Origin: Vermamoeba vermiformis
Taxonomy: Eukaryota
DNA length: 64,000 nt
Direction of reading: 5' to 3'
Assembly: GCA_045837725.1 (NCBI GenBank)
Contig: JBEWZL010000243.1
Location: 62,001-126,000, forward strand
The notes beneath the pieces are model-generated. The model saw only the letters and a list, made by a program, of their open reading frames with translations, had not been told where the DNA came from and searched no databases. Positions 39,187 through 51,631 of this stretch are shown in pieces (positions within the stretch are counted from its first letter, which is position 1; every line of letters begins with the position of its first letter). Position numbers and translations under genes: made by a program.

Positions 39187-41100
39187 ATGGTAATGCTGAT
39201 TTTTATTTCAATTTGTTTTTTAATAATTATGACAGGCCGCTCCCCAGTATTTCGTTTCAATCAAGCTGCTTAACTGCCGCAATCTGCCAAAGGCGGATGT
39301 AATCGGTAAAATCGATCCTTATGTAAAGGTATGAGTAAAACCGTACTGTTAAACTAAACCTCTCATAATTTAATTTTTCCGTATTTAACGAAATTTATAG
39401 TTTGATCTGCAATCTGAATCCGTGAAATCAAGCACCAAGAAAACCGATTATAATCCCGATTATAACGAAAACATTGGATGCACGAAGGCAGTGCCCGTTG
39501 GCATGACTGTAAATGTTGAGGTTTGGTAAGTTTTCAAAGTCCTCAATCTCCGATCCCCATTTGCAAGACCGTGAAATTAATCGATTTTATTGAAGTAAAT
39601 ATTTTATTAGTGCTTACACTTTTGTTTCTTAGGGATTGGGACTCCATAGGCAAGGATGATAAAGTCGCGTGGACTTCCTTCCAAGTTCAGCCTGGCTACA
39701 GACAATACCACGTAAGCTTACAAAATCATTATGATCTGACAAAATATATTTTGGAGAGAAATTTTTTTTTTTTGATCTTTTGTAATGGCGCCATTAAATT
39801 CTTTAAATTGTAGAACGTGGAGTTGACTCTCAAGAAAGGCATGAAAGGCCACCACGGCAATTCCATGATCAGCTTCGACGTTGTTGCGTTGCGCGCGCCA
39901 TCTGGACTCAACCAAGTGCCGGGCGCTATCGCTCCACTCTTTTCAGAACACTCAGCTGCTGTTGTCGTGCGCGGTCACGAGACAGACGCCTTGGTCAAGG
40001 TTGAATTCGTAAGTCGCATATATGACCATTTATAAGTCCAAAAAAATTCGCGCATGCAGCTGTCTTTCGGGCCACAAGTACCTCCACTAATGAATTATTT
40101 TATTTTTATTAGGAAAGAGGACGTGTCGACGTCAAGGCCTACAGCTTGAAAGAAGGCAAATATGTCAGTCTCGGTTATGGACTGCCAAAGTTCGAGTACA
40201 AGATCCGCTTCCAAAGACTTGGTGGTCAGCCCGTAAGAACTTTTCAATACTATTATACATATTTACAGTTGTTCTAATGTTGTTCAGATCGGTAACTCGG
40301 GCTTGAAGGCCTATTCTGAGGCCAAGCTCGATGACATCCCCGCTGACTTCAGACTCGACATGGTCAAGATCTACATCGGCGATGAAAAACTTGCCGAACA
40401 CACCAACTTGGACAGGATTGCTTCAGCGCATGGCTGGGCTGTAAGTATAACATACAATATATACCCAATAGAATTGGATCTGGCTTACAGATCTTGCGGG
40501 CAATGTTCACATATAAGACGCTTTTGTAACTTATCTAACGCTAATGTGATTCATTTTTTAGGGCATGCTGTCCTACAAGGAAGCCAAGAAGACCTTGAGA
40601 GACATTATGTACGATGACAAGTCCGAGACGATCTACATGAAGACCACTGACTTTGTCACTAAAGTCGATTGGGACTCAAAGAACGTTGATTTTGTAAGTA
40701 ATTTCTGTATTATAGACAATCACATTATATGCTTGAAGCATGGTTTCGATTTATCGTGACAGATCTAACTTTGGATCCGGTACTTTCATAGGGAGCTTAC
40801 TTGAACGCTACTGCTCGAGATCAATCCAAGATTGTTGAAGTTGTTGCTGCTGGCCACACCAAGCAAACTCACACTTATTTTGCCGAAAATAAGCTCATCT
40901 CTGGTCACTCCGTAAGTTCAAAGTACTCGGTCTGAAGCGGATCCGATCTGACTTTTTTGTCTTAGATTCCTCTCACTATGAAGTCTAGTGTCGATGATGT
41001 TAAGTATGGTACTCCTAACGAGGATATTCATATCAGCGTCTATCAATTGAGCAACGTCCAAGCCGTCACCTTGACTGACGTCCTCCCCTTGTACGTCTAA
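39187..41100 (+). CDS. N-terminal C2-domain protein, multi-exon
   Basis: M|AAPQYFVSIKLLNCRNLPKADVIGKIDPYVK..TKKTDYNPDYNE..VEVW|DWDSIGKDDKVA, with Ca-binding-type aspartates; ends VLPLYV*. Confidence 0.8.
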
Positions 41101-41198
41101 ATTTATTGATACTTTTGTCGATATCCCATCGACTTAACTAACATCGTAAGGGTTAATTTGGATTTTATTTTACATTACGATTATATACAAGTTGTAAA

Positions 41199-42008
41199 TT
41201 AGTCCTTATTTAAAATTTGCATTCGCACGTTCTCGCCATTATTTTCATTAGTAGCGGTAGTATTATTTAAGAACGGAGACCTTAGTGTCTCGCTAGTCTC
41301 GGGATTAAGCATATCTGAATAGTTTTTCCGCACTTTGTAGCGAAGAATTAGCGTTAAGGTGCTGAAAAATGCACCCAGGACGAACAAAATTCCGCCGGAG
41401 ATTATGAGCGACAGGCCACGTTCAATTGCTTCAGAAGGCACGACAAATAAAGGTACGTCTTCGGAAGGGTGATAATAGCAGGTTAGTTCTCCTTGAAGTT
41501 CGAGATCTTCGGCAATTACTATAGCGTCTTCTAAGTCATCATAAACTAATGACGTCAAGTTAATAGTAAGAACTTAACATTGCATTAATATATTATAATA
41601 CGAACCTCCGAACTCTATAACACTTTCTCGGTTCTCAAGATCCACCGTGTAATTGACCTACAAAATACGTAAGATTTGGCTATTGGATCGGCGATGATTA
41701 ATTACTAGTATATCGACATAAAATCCTCTTTTTCCATGGCGAGTTGCGTCCATAATTGTCGCATCCACGATTATGCAAGACGTTTCTGGTACAAATTTTA
41801 ATTAATTAAATTCAACTTTAAGTCTACAACCTAGTATATATATCCTTGCGTTAGATATGTTGTACTTACCAACGAAATCTGAACCATCGTACGGCTCATA
41901 ATTTGATTCAATAACTCCCCCGATCAGCACGACTATGCCGCCGATGATAGCAAGAAGTAAAGCGACGAAAAATAAATTGGTTAAGAGTCTCCTTCGCCTT
42001 TGCTGCAT
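41199..42008 (-). CDS. Two-TM protein with extracellular loop, tandem copy 1 (4 exons)
   Basis: TM1 LFFVALLLAIIGGIVVLIGGVI, loop with ETSCII, VNYTV, LTCYYHP, TM2 GLSLIISGGILFVLGAFFSTLTLIL. Confidence 0.6.
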
Positions 42009-42666
42009 CTAATATCGGTTATCTAATGGTCTTCAAACAGATCGGTGCGGCCTTTTTACCTTAACAAAAGAGATTAGGGCCAGATTGCTAGTCTAGCACC
42101 GAATAGATACGAAAATACAAAGTAGTTGAACGGCAGAGGCTAGTTTAGCCGTTTCGGGGTTTATGGTTTTTCGATCTTGCACGGAAAGTTGCAATGACTT
42201 TTTTTCGTTTCCCGTTCTTAGAAAGACAGTACTTTTATGGAAGCTTAGGCTCCCTGAGAGTAAAAAATCTTCTCATTAGTGAGCGAGGCACATGATAATG
42301 AGGATGCAAACCAGAACAATCCACAAAAATTCTTTATTTGTTGACAACGAATGAAAAAATGATCCAGCGTTGAATCGGATACAATAATGGATCTGCTCTT
42401 GATAATTTGAGAGCATTTGAATACTTCTCTAAATCCAGCAGAAAACTAAGGCGGAAACGAATTAGCTCAATTCTTCGTGCGTCCATTAGAAGGAGATAAA
42501 AGTTCTATAATAAGTGCGATTAAATACCGGATGCCTCCGTAGTTAGGATCCACGCTAATCGCACGAGGCGCCTTTTCGGATAATTATTTAAGAACGCGAT
42601 CTTGAAATATTTTCGATCAAATATGAAAATACGGTTAAATGCTACAAATAACAAAGACTATTTATG

Positions 42667-43442
42667 TCACTCTATCGCCTTCCAGTTAAAATCGGTGGTT
42701 GCGTAATTACAGCATTTTGATTGGCACGTTCCCTTAGTTCTCTTCGGTCTCGAATATACATGGGAATTGTTAAGAACAATTGCGAAGAAGATGCATCCAG
42801 CACCAGTTATAAGCAGGCCTAAGCCGAGTGCCTTTGCGTTTTTATAAAACTCGACCGTATCCGGGATCTTTACCACTGGCAAGCCATTTTCTGAATTCCA
42901 ATAGCAAGTAATATTATCTATATATTGTGTAAGATGCTCTGATATAATCTTCGCGTCTAAAGCACTCGAATAACCTATGAAAAGTCATCGCTTAATTAAA
43001 TTGTAGTAGAATTAGCTAGATCGTCTTACTTTCGTATAATATCACTCTATATCCAATATTTCCATTATATGTATAATTAACCTAAGATAAAATCAAGATT
43101 AATTTCGTATGAACATCGAAAACTTTCCTTACATTGATTGACACGCGATCAACATTGTCAACAACCTCCGCGTAACTTCCTTCTATGTTACAATTAAGTG
43201 CTTTATAAAGAAGTTAGTATATAGGCCAGATATATTGACTGGATCTGCGAATCAAAGCTTATTTCAAACTTACGAACAAAATCATCAATGTATTTTTCGT
43301 AGTCACTCGTGATAAGCGCCCCGGTAAGTAACAAAGATGGACCAGCAGTAAGAAATATGATAAATAGGACGGTTTGCCACGCGTTAGAACATCGTCGCTT
43401 TCTGCGATCTCCATTTTGAACATTTTCAACATTCTCCGCCAT
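42667..43442 (-). CDS. Two-TM protein with extracellular loop, diverged tandem copy 2 (4 exons)
   Basis: TM1 VLFIIFLTAGPSLLLTGALI, VNYTY, ITCYWNS, TM2 ALGLGLLITGAGCIFFAIVL; intron positions match 41199-42008. Confidence 0.6.
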
Positions 43443-43971
43443 TGTTAAGTTATTTCAATAGTAATCAACTATTGTTATCTCTTCTATTGGTGCGTATCAA
43501 AGACTTGTTAGCTTCCAATTCCCTTGAAATCATGAGGAAATGTTGCTGAGAACGCAGAAATTTCGCTGAAAAGGACGCGATATTGATTCCAAAACACTTC
43601 TCCTACGTGGTTCATATAAATAGTAGTGTACACGCTTGAAGGTTACAAAGTTCGTTACCGTTACAATCCCGCGAAATAAATGTTGAACACTTTTTCGAAT
43701 CATTTTTCATTCACTTGACGCGAAATTCAGCCACAACAAGTCCATTGTTTACCTAGTTAATCTAGCTAGATTGAACTCCATTTACTGTTGGCTTCAGGGC
43801 GTTTGAGAGGTAAGAGATCAAGGATCTGCTCTACAGGACGAATTAGCACTCATAATATCTAAGAAATATTACATATATTATTTTTGTTAAAAATATTGGT
43901 AATTTGGCTGCCAAGAACGCTGTACTAATTTTTACTGGAAATAATTATTGAATTTTTAAATATTACAGACC

Positions 43972-45766
43972 ATGGCCTCCTTCCGACTCGACATTGATTG
44001 GCTAGCGGGAGATATTGACGGAGAAATTAAGCCAAAATTTTGGCGAGAAGGCCATGTGTTGCGTTACGGCCCTTCAACAGACCTCGATCAGATGTACAAC
44101 ATTGAAGATCTGGTCGTTAAAGCTCTACATGACGACGACGAGTCATATAAAACAATTCAATATGTGTTGAATAATTCTTCACCGAGAAGTCTGGAGATCC
44201 AGTGGTTAGAACAAGATCAATCATCAAAACCGTTTTGAACAGCAATGGATCACGACAGAACAAATGCAAATTCTAGCCGATAGTTTAAGCAACAATAAGA
44301 CATTGCAATCGTTCATATTCAACGATAAAAATATCTCGTATATAGGAAACAAGCAAACAATAGAGATCTTGGCAAAAGGGATCAACGGATCGAATCTAAA
44401 ATTTGTAGGGTTCGTCAGCATTCCTGAATTTATTATGTATACGCTATTCAACACTTTATCAACCAATTATACACTACGACAGCTTTATTTGAAGAGTTCA
44501 ACGGGACTTGGATCTCGCCTCGACAATTTGATCTTAAGCAGCAATATTACAAAGCTACATTTAATACAAATAGTCCTCAATGACAGTGGAATTGAGTCAA
44601 TTAAGAATATATTAACAAATACTAAGACATTAGAGACTTTGGAATTACGTCGTTTTGAATTGCGAACATTTTTCAAAAATTTCAACGACCTTTGCAGCGG
44701 CCTTAAAGAAAATAGATCGTTGAAGACGTTAATCATCGGTTCAGCAGTGTTATTAGTAGAAAATAATATTATAGCATTAATAACAGCACTTAAAAGTCAC
44801 CCAACCATCGACTCGTTAAATATTCAAGAACTTAATAGTCATAATTTTGACTTGATCACAACGAATTTATTAGGCGATGATAGTACATTGACGTCTATAT
44901 CAATTAATAAGCCTACGAGCGATAACGTTAGTCTTCAGCCATTTAACGGAGAAGAGTCGGATCTGTATCTCACCAGCCAAGCACTAAGAAACTTTGGAGA
45001 GGTGTTAGCTGCAAACACAAAATTACAGCATTTATTTCTCGGAAGAATTATTGATTTTAATGGCGCAGCCAAAAACGAGTCAATATTGCTCAACGCATTG
45101 AAATTGAACAGGCATCTTTTGACGCTGGATCTACTACTCTACAGTCATGATGCGATAATACAAGTATTACACCATAATACATCTTTAACCAAGTTAATCG
45201 TGAAAAAAAATGCCATCTGGGATGCGGCCAAATTTTTCACAGCAATTAGACAGCATAAGAATTTGACCAGCTTAGATATTTCATATTTAGACTATGGTTT
45301 CACTAGTACCGATGAAATATTTGGCGAAGCGTTGCACGATCTGATAGTAAATTCGAGATTGAGAGAATTAAAATGCAGTCACCCAACGAACCGATCTGCT
45401 TATTTTTCAATTCCTTCATTATTATCCAGCCTTAAATATAATGACTCATTGACGAGTGTTGAATTATTAACAGCTAATAAAACAAGAAGGCTATTGGACT
45501 TCAATTTCGTTGCGGATGTGTTTGCAGTCAACAAAACGCTGATTCATCTGAACACGAATATTCAAGAAAAGGTTATTATAGAGCCTTATTTGAAGAAGAA
45601 TAGAGGGTATCAATTGGACGCAATAATATTAGCATACAACGTAGTTAGATCCGAACACGCGACAATGTTTCCAAACGAGATCTGGCTTCAGATATTTTCT
45701 CATATAGGCACGTTTTATAAAGCAATAGACATAGTCTTTTATGGCAAGCAAAATAAACGGAGTTAG
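43972..45766 (+). CDS. Intronless RNI-like LRR protein with C-terminal F-box-like motif; +1 frameshift at 44233-44238
   Basis: Repeats such as LSNNKTLQSF, LKENRSLKTLII, LAANTKLQHLFL, LKYNDSLTSVEL; C-terminus YLKKNRGYQ..MFPNEIWLQIFSHI. ORF 43972-44238 overlaps the open +1 frame from 44210. Confidence 0.75.
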
Positions 45767-45964
45767 CCAATTCTCAAAGCACGTGGGTTTTTTTTCCTTA
45801 TTTGATCCAAATTTTTTATTCCTGTATCTTGCGGTAAAGCTTCATTTGCGAATTTATTCCTTACATTTGCAAGAATAGAAAAGACATAATGGAAAAAACC
45901 TATTTTAATTCGTTACAGGAGATTATAAAACTCGAATCTAATATTGCAAAATCAAATTAACACG

Positions 45965-47105
45965 ATGGAACAAGCCGCGCCTAAATTAATTCATTTAGAA
46001 AAATTACATCCCGATGGAAGATACAAAGAATTTAGAGGAAACACAATAGTCTCATTTGTTACCAGAGAAAACAATCCGTTATGGTATTCCGCCTTGATCG
46101 AGAGCCAAAAAATAGTTGAACATAGTGGATTGGCTGATATGCATTCTATGCTACCACCTGAAAGCTTTCACGTAACAATTTTCGATTTAATTACGGAACC
46201 ACGCAAAAGCAATCGCACCCAGGATCTTGTAAGCAATTCTTTTCTCTCCAAATACCCCTGCGAGCCTAATAACGTTACAATATTGTTAAATTATTATTTT
46301 TACAATATTTTAGATAAATTTGAAATATTTTTCGTTCTTGCAACGTCAGATTTGATTTTCGTTTTTGGATCTTGTGGCGCGAGGTGTAAAGTTAATTTCT
46401 GTCAGGATAATGCACCGCTGGCACAAGTAGAAGCCGCTATGATCACTAGACTGCGGTACGCGCTTCGGATAACCAGATCTCGATTCAATCTAACAAACCG
46501 ATCTGTGTTCAGGCCGCTTCTAATTAAAGAAAAAGAAAATCCGTCACAATTCACGTTCAAATATGATGGTCTATATTTGGCACACGGAAAGCCGTCGACG
46601 ACTTTCTGTTTAGAGCTGACATGTGACACCAAATCTGAAGTTGATGCGTACCGAAAAGGTAGCAAAAATTTATATATATATGACACTTAATATATAGCTT
46701 ATAATTAATATATTCCTAGAGGTTTCTCGTTTGACTGGCGCTCCTTACGCTGAAAAAGTCTTCCATATAACGATTGCCTATAATCGTTATGAAGCCCTGC
46801 CACAAGAATTAATTGAAGAGCGAAACCATATTTTGCAACAATTAGAAGCGTATGTATTATATACAATAACGACATTATGTAGAGCTAATTGAAGTCGGAT
46901 CTTAAGGTTGTGGAAAGATGTTTTGGAAAAAGAACCTGTTCTTGTGCCTACAAAGCCTTATTTGACCTTCTTCCGGTTAGTTTTTAATATGCCGACATTT
47001 TAAATTTCATTTTAACTGACACAAAGCTTGTTTATATGCAGAGATATGACAGATTTTCCGACACGACCAATATTCCCTGAAAACGAATCACTGCTCGATT
47101 TCTAG
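45965..47105 (+). CDS. 2H phosphoesterase, DUF1868-like, multi-exon
   Basis: KLHPDGRYKEFRGNTIVS, LPPESFHVTIFDL (first HxT), VFHITIAY (second HxT), LTFF|RDMTDF. Confidence 0.8.
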
Positions 47106-47483
47106 TTCCTGAAATAATAATAAATGGTATGTTTCTTTTGTGTACAAAATCTTCGCTCAAATTTAATCGGTACGGATCTTCCGTGTCAAAGTGTCAAAGT
47201 GTCACTTGGCTAGATCTGATTCATACATTAGATCGAGTCAGAGTTCCATAATAGTCATACGATTATATACAAAGTCAATACATCGATCGTATAAATCTAG
47301 CGGGCGAATCCCTTGTTGTCACATCACGTCAAAAGTGGACGACAGGACGAGTACGTAATTTTTAGTACACATGCTCGCTTTCCAGCGCGCAGTTTTGCGC
47401 ATCAATGTATTCGAATATTCAAGAAAGGTGCAATAATACGTCGGCCATATATCTTGATTCATTAGTTGCGCAACAGCAGAATT

Positions 47484-49341
47484 ATGGCAGTATGCGTTGG
47501 ATGTGGCGCAAGATTATGGCAAGAAATGAAATTCTGCGCCGAATGTGGTACTAAAGTCACGTCGTCACCTCCTGTAGAATATTCGTAAGTCTATATACTT
47601 ATTTTGTAATGGCTAAAAATCTGAAGGACAATTTGTCCACATTTTGCTGGATATTGTGACGGGACCAATTAAAAAAATTACGTCTAATATCGCTATTTTT
47701 GCTATTCTCTCACTAAATGTCGTGTTTATTTTGCCGCAGGACCTCAGCCCGACCCGCATCCTCACCAAAACAAATTAGTTTTGCATTAATTCGTACGTTA
47801 TAACGTTTTATCGTTCAATATATTAATTAATACGATGATATCAACAGCTATCGTATGCGAGGAACCGAAAATGCGAGTGACTATGATTCATGAATCGAGA
47901 TCGTGTCAAAAATTTTGCTAACAAGATATTTTATCCAGTATTCCAGAAGTACCGGCACCTCCCCCTAGAAGACAAAATTCAACGCTAGTAGGCGGTCATA
48001 GAAAGGCCACGCCAGTATTGAAAAAGTCAAATTCGCAACCGAACATGTCGCCGTGGGTCAATCCCAATAGAAATTCCAATCCAGGGTCTTTGAGAAACTC
48101 GTCGGGCATCACCCCGCCAGGGCCTATTAACAACACTATAAGAAAAAGTCCTCCGATCTACACTAGCGCTCCTTCATCTCCTCGAAATGAGATCTGCAGT
48201 GAAGATCTGCCGTGGACCCCGCCCTCAACACCACCTTCCCGCAGTTTCTTAACACGATCATTGCCCAACACCCCGAGCACTATCAACACGAGCACATCGT
48301 ACAACCCTTTGCACTCGAAATCTTATCAAAGCATTTCACCCTACAGCACGGATCAGTTAGCAATGTCGTGCAGTCCACCAGCTGCCTCACCACGGCTGCA
48401 CCAATCAAGCGACGAAATTTCAACTTCTTCGTCTGTCTCGAGTCATAGAGTACCGCCGCCACCTCCTCCACTGAGCAAGAAGCCAAGGTACAGTACAGCC
48501 CCGCAGAACCAGTGCGTTTCTGAGCCGACTTCACCGAGGCTCACCGCTACGTTCGGAGCACCGTTGATTCAACTGAACAGCACGAACACCGTCGCTAAGC
48601 AAGGTGACAAACATACCATGCCTGCGTCAGAGAACGAAGTCATTTTAGTCACGTCTACTTACAATGCTGAGACCCCTCCACCTGCCGTGCTGAAATCTGT
48701 CGCCGTTTCAGGCCCAGTCAGGAAAGCTACGAGCCCCGAATTACTCCTGAAGAGCTCTGTCGATGGCAAGCGAATTTCATTCAATACAGTCGTGGCTATG
48801 GCCGTTGGACATGACGCAAGTGACTCGGATCCAGCGATCGAATTTTTGTAACGCAATGTTTAGGGGTCTGAATACAAGGCGAAAATTGTTGGCTATGAAA
48901 ATAGGATAGAGACTATTGATAGTACTTCTCAAACAGCAACAGTAAGTGATTATTAAGATAACGCAGGATTTATTTACAAAATGACAATTTTGACGCTTTG
49001 ACAGCTGTACAAGATTGAAGTACACAAAGACAACCAAACTTGGTTCGTATACCGGAGATATGGTCAATTCAGTAAGCTAGCTCAAAAGGTAAGCGCTTAC
49101 CTAGTCATGATTAAATGAATTATTTCTGACCTCGATCCAGCTCAAAGAAAAGAAACTGCTCAGCTCTATTGGTCTCAAAGCCAATTTACCGCTGAAAAAA
49201 CTCGATGTTCAGCAATTATTGCAATCGCTCGATAACTATTTGAATACACTTCTAAGCAGAACTGAGGTTGCTTCTAGTCATTACATTAGCAACTTCTTGC
49301 AACCGCTGCAATTGGGTGATTCAAAACCACAAAATTGTTAA
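47484..49341 (+). CDS. Zinc-ribbon + Pro/Ser-rich region + C-terminal PX domain protein
   Basis: MAVCVGCGARLWQEMKFCAECGTKV; long P/S-rich exon 48018-48848; PX YKIEVHKDNQTWFVYRRYGQFSKL..LDNYLNTLL..ISNFL. Confidence 0.75.
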
Positions 49342-49571
49342 AATTATTGTTAAAATTGTGTAATTTATATATTTGTAAGATATGAAAACCTCACAATAAA
49401 CGAGATTCTTGAAAGTTTTGTTTTGCAACTCGGATCTTCCCTTAGGCCAATTCGCACCGTCGTTTGCTCCTTATTTGATAAATCACTATAGATTCGCTAG
49501 TTCAAATGTGCAATTTCGTCGGAAGACTTCATTGATTGGGAGAAAAAAGAGGCAGTTTTCCTTTCGTTATC

Positions 49572-51122
49572 ATGGCGAGCACAACAGGAGCTAATTCCAC
49601 GACGGCTCATCCAAGCAACTCATATGAAAATAATAGTGAGGCTTGGGAGACAGAACTCGTCAAAGCTAACAGAAGCGCGTTGATCGTGATCCGAAACTTA
49701 ACCTCAGAGAGCCTTTTTCGCACAAAATTCAGCATAATACATGGCATGTGGTATGTATCAAGCGAGAACTATCGATTACGTGCGATTTCTGTTTCAGATC
49801 TACTCTAAAAATAGTAGCCAAATTTTATTTATTATTGTACGCTTAGTTTATTTACATTACTTGATTAAATATTTATAATAATCATAAACACGTCGTTAAA
49901 TAATATTTTGGATATTTTAGGCGAAAGTTCCCGCCAGAATTAATCGAGCCAAACCAAGAGGTCAGATTTGGTTCTGGTAAGCGCGAAACTAACTGCCTTA
50001 GTCTATCATATGCTAAATATTTTTATATAGAGAGTAAAGGATTTATGACTGGCACTGAAGGCACCTTAGAACTCAAGATGTGGGAAGGTCAAGATCCGTT
50101 CATTTTTCATTGGGTACGGCCACCTTAATGACCATTCCTATTTTTATTAATTATTACTATATTAGTCAAATCCATTTTTTGCATCGCCAACAATGACCGT
50201 CAAAGGCCCAAACAATTACAGGTAAACCTTGCCCTAATTTTCCTCGCTCATTCAGTGAACCAATAATAAAATTGATAAAATTTTAGGGTAGCGCAAGATG
50301 TCACGTCAAAAACAGCAATGAAAGTCATATTAACCATTCACGATCCGTACGAACACAGCGAGATCGAACGAAATCAACTCGTAGTGTCTCAAGTACGATA
50401 ATAGAGCTTCATATTAACACTGTATATGTTAATATGATTGTATGTATAGGCCCCGGTTATATATGACGTATGGAAACTCGAGATCAAAAAATCGGCCAAA
50501 TCCATTTTGGTCCGGATCCACAATTCGTACAGTAAACCACTGATACTCCAAAATGTAATATAAACAATATACCACACAATGTATATGATTACTAATAGTT
50601 TCTGTATTAATAGGCCACACTAAGGCACGGTGTTTGGGGCTTGATCCCGCCCGAGCGAATAGATCCCGATACTTTTGTCGAGTTTGGAGCTCAATCGCAC
50701 GGTACATACAACTCATATTAATACAATAACTTAAATATGACCGACGTGAAAAGACAATAGGACCCGCCTATAAAATAAGTGTATTAATTCGATATGATAG
50801 GGATGACTGGATCTGCAGGCACATTCGCGTATTCGTTCAGTAAAGAACATAAAATTGGTGCGCAATTCACGTGGAGATTATCGCACATCAAAAGTACCAT
50901 TTTGAACGCAGTTCATTTCGCTGAAGAGAACACTGTTGTCGGTACGGATCCAACGAGTCATTAGCATTTATAGGCTATTCACCCGTACTTTTATACTTAG
51001 GAGACCATTGTGAGATAGTATTACACTTTAGTAGTGATGAGGCATATGCTCTTGAGGAGACTAGTGAAGACAAAGTAGCGGATCCACAACACAATGAAAA
51101 CAACAACGAAAACAAAGAATAA
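49572..51122 (+). CDS. Protein with two tandem aegerolysin/Cry34-like beta-sandwich domains, multi-exon
   Basis: Repeat 1 LIVIRNLT..HGMW|RKFPPELIEP..ESKGFMTGTEG..W|SNPF; repeat 2 LVRIHNSY..LRHGVWGLIPPERIDP..SH|GMTGSAG..FTW. Confidence 0.6.
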
Positions 51123-51631
51123 CGGATGATATGTAAATAACATGATGTATATTAATGTACAATAGCAAAAATATAATGACAGGAACATTACAAACAATGA
51201 CACTTTGGTGACACGTGAAAATATCAAAGGACACGTGTCATTCTACAAACAACAGACCATTTCCAAATTTCTTGAAGTCACCCAAACGAAGCGAAATTAA
51301 CAGCCAATAGATACGTAGCTATAAGACAAAATTTGATTTTAATGCAAGAATATGAGAAAGCTCTGATACAAAGAACGGTCAGATTTGCTTTTGTACCGAT
51401 CGGGATCTTCCAGTTCGTTGACAAGAACAACGCTACTCTTTCAATTCTTATATTATAGTAATTCATATAATACCGTTCAGTCAACTATTGTACCAAAAAT
51501 ACGCTTAGAAATTTCTCCTCCACAAAGTCTTTTTTTTGTCAGCCATAAATAGACTTGCAAGTTACGTTATTTTATTCGTAATCACATTTGTATTAAACAC
51601 CACAGCTCATTTTACAAATAAGGCAGTCGAT

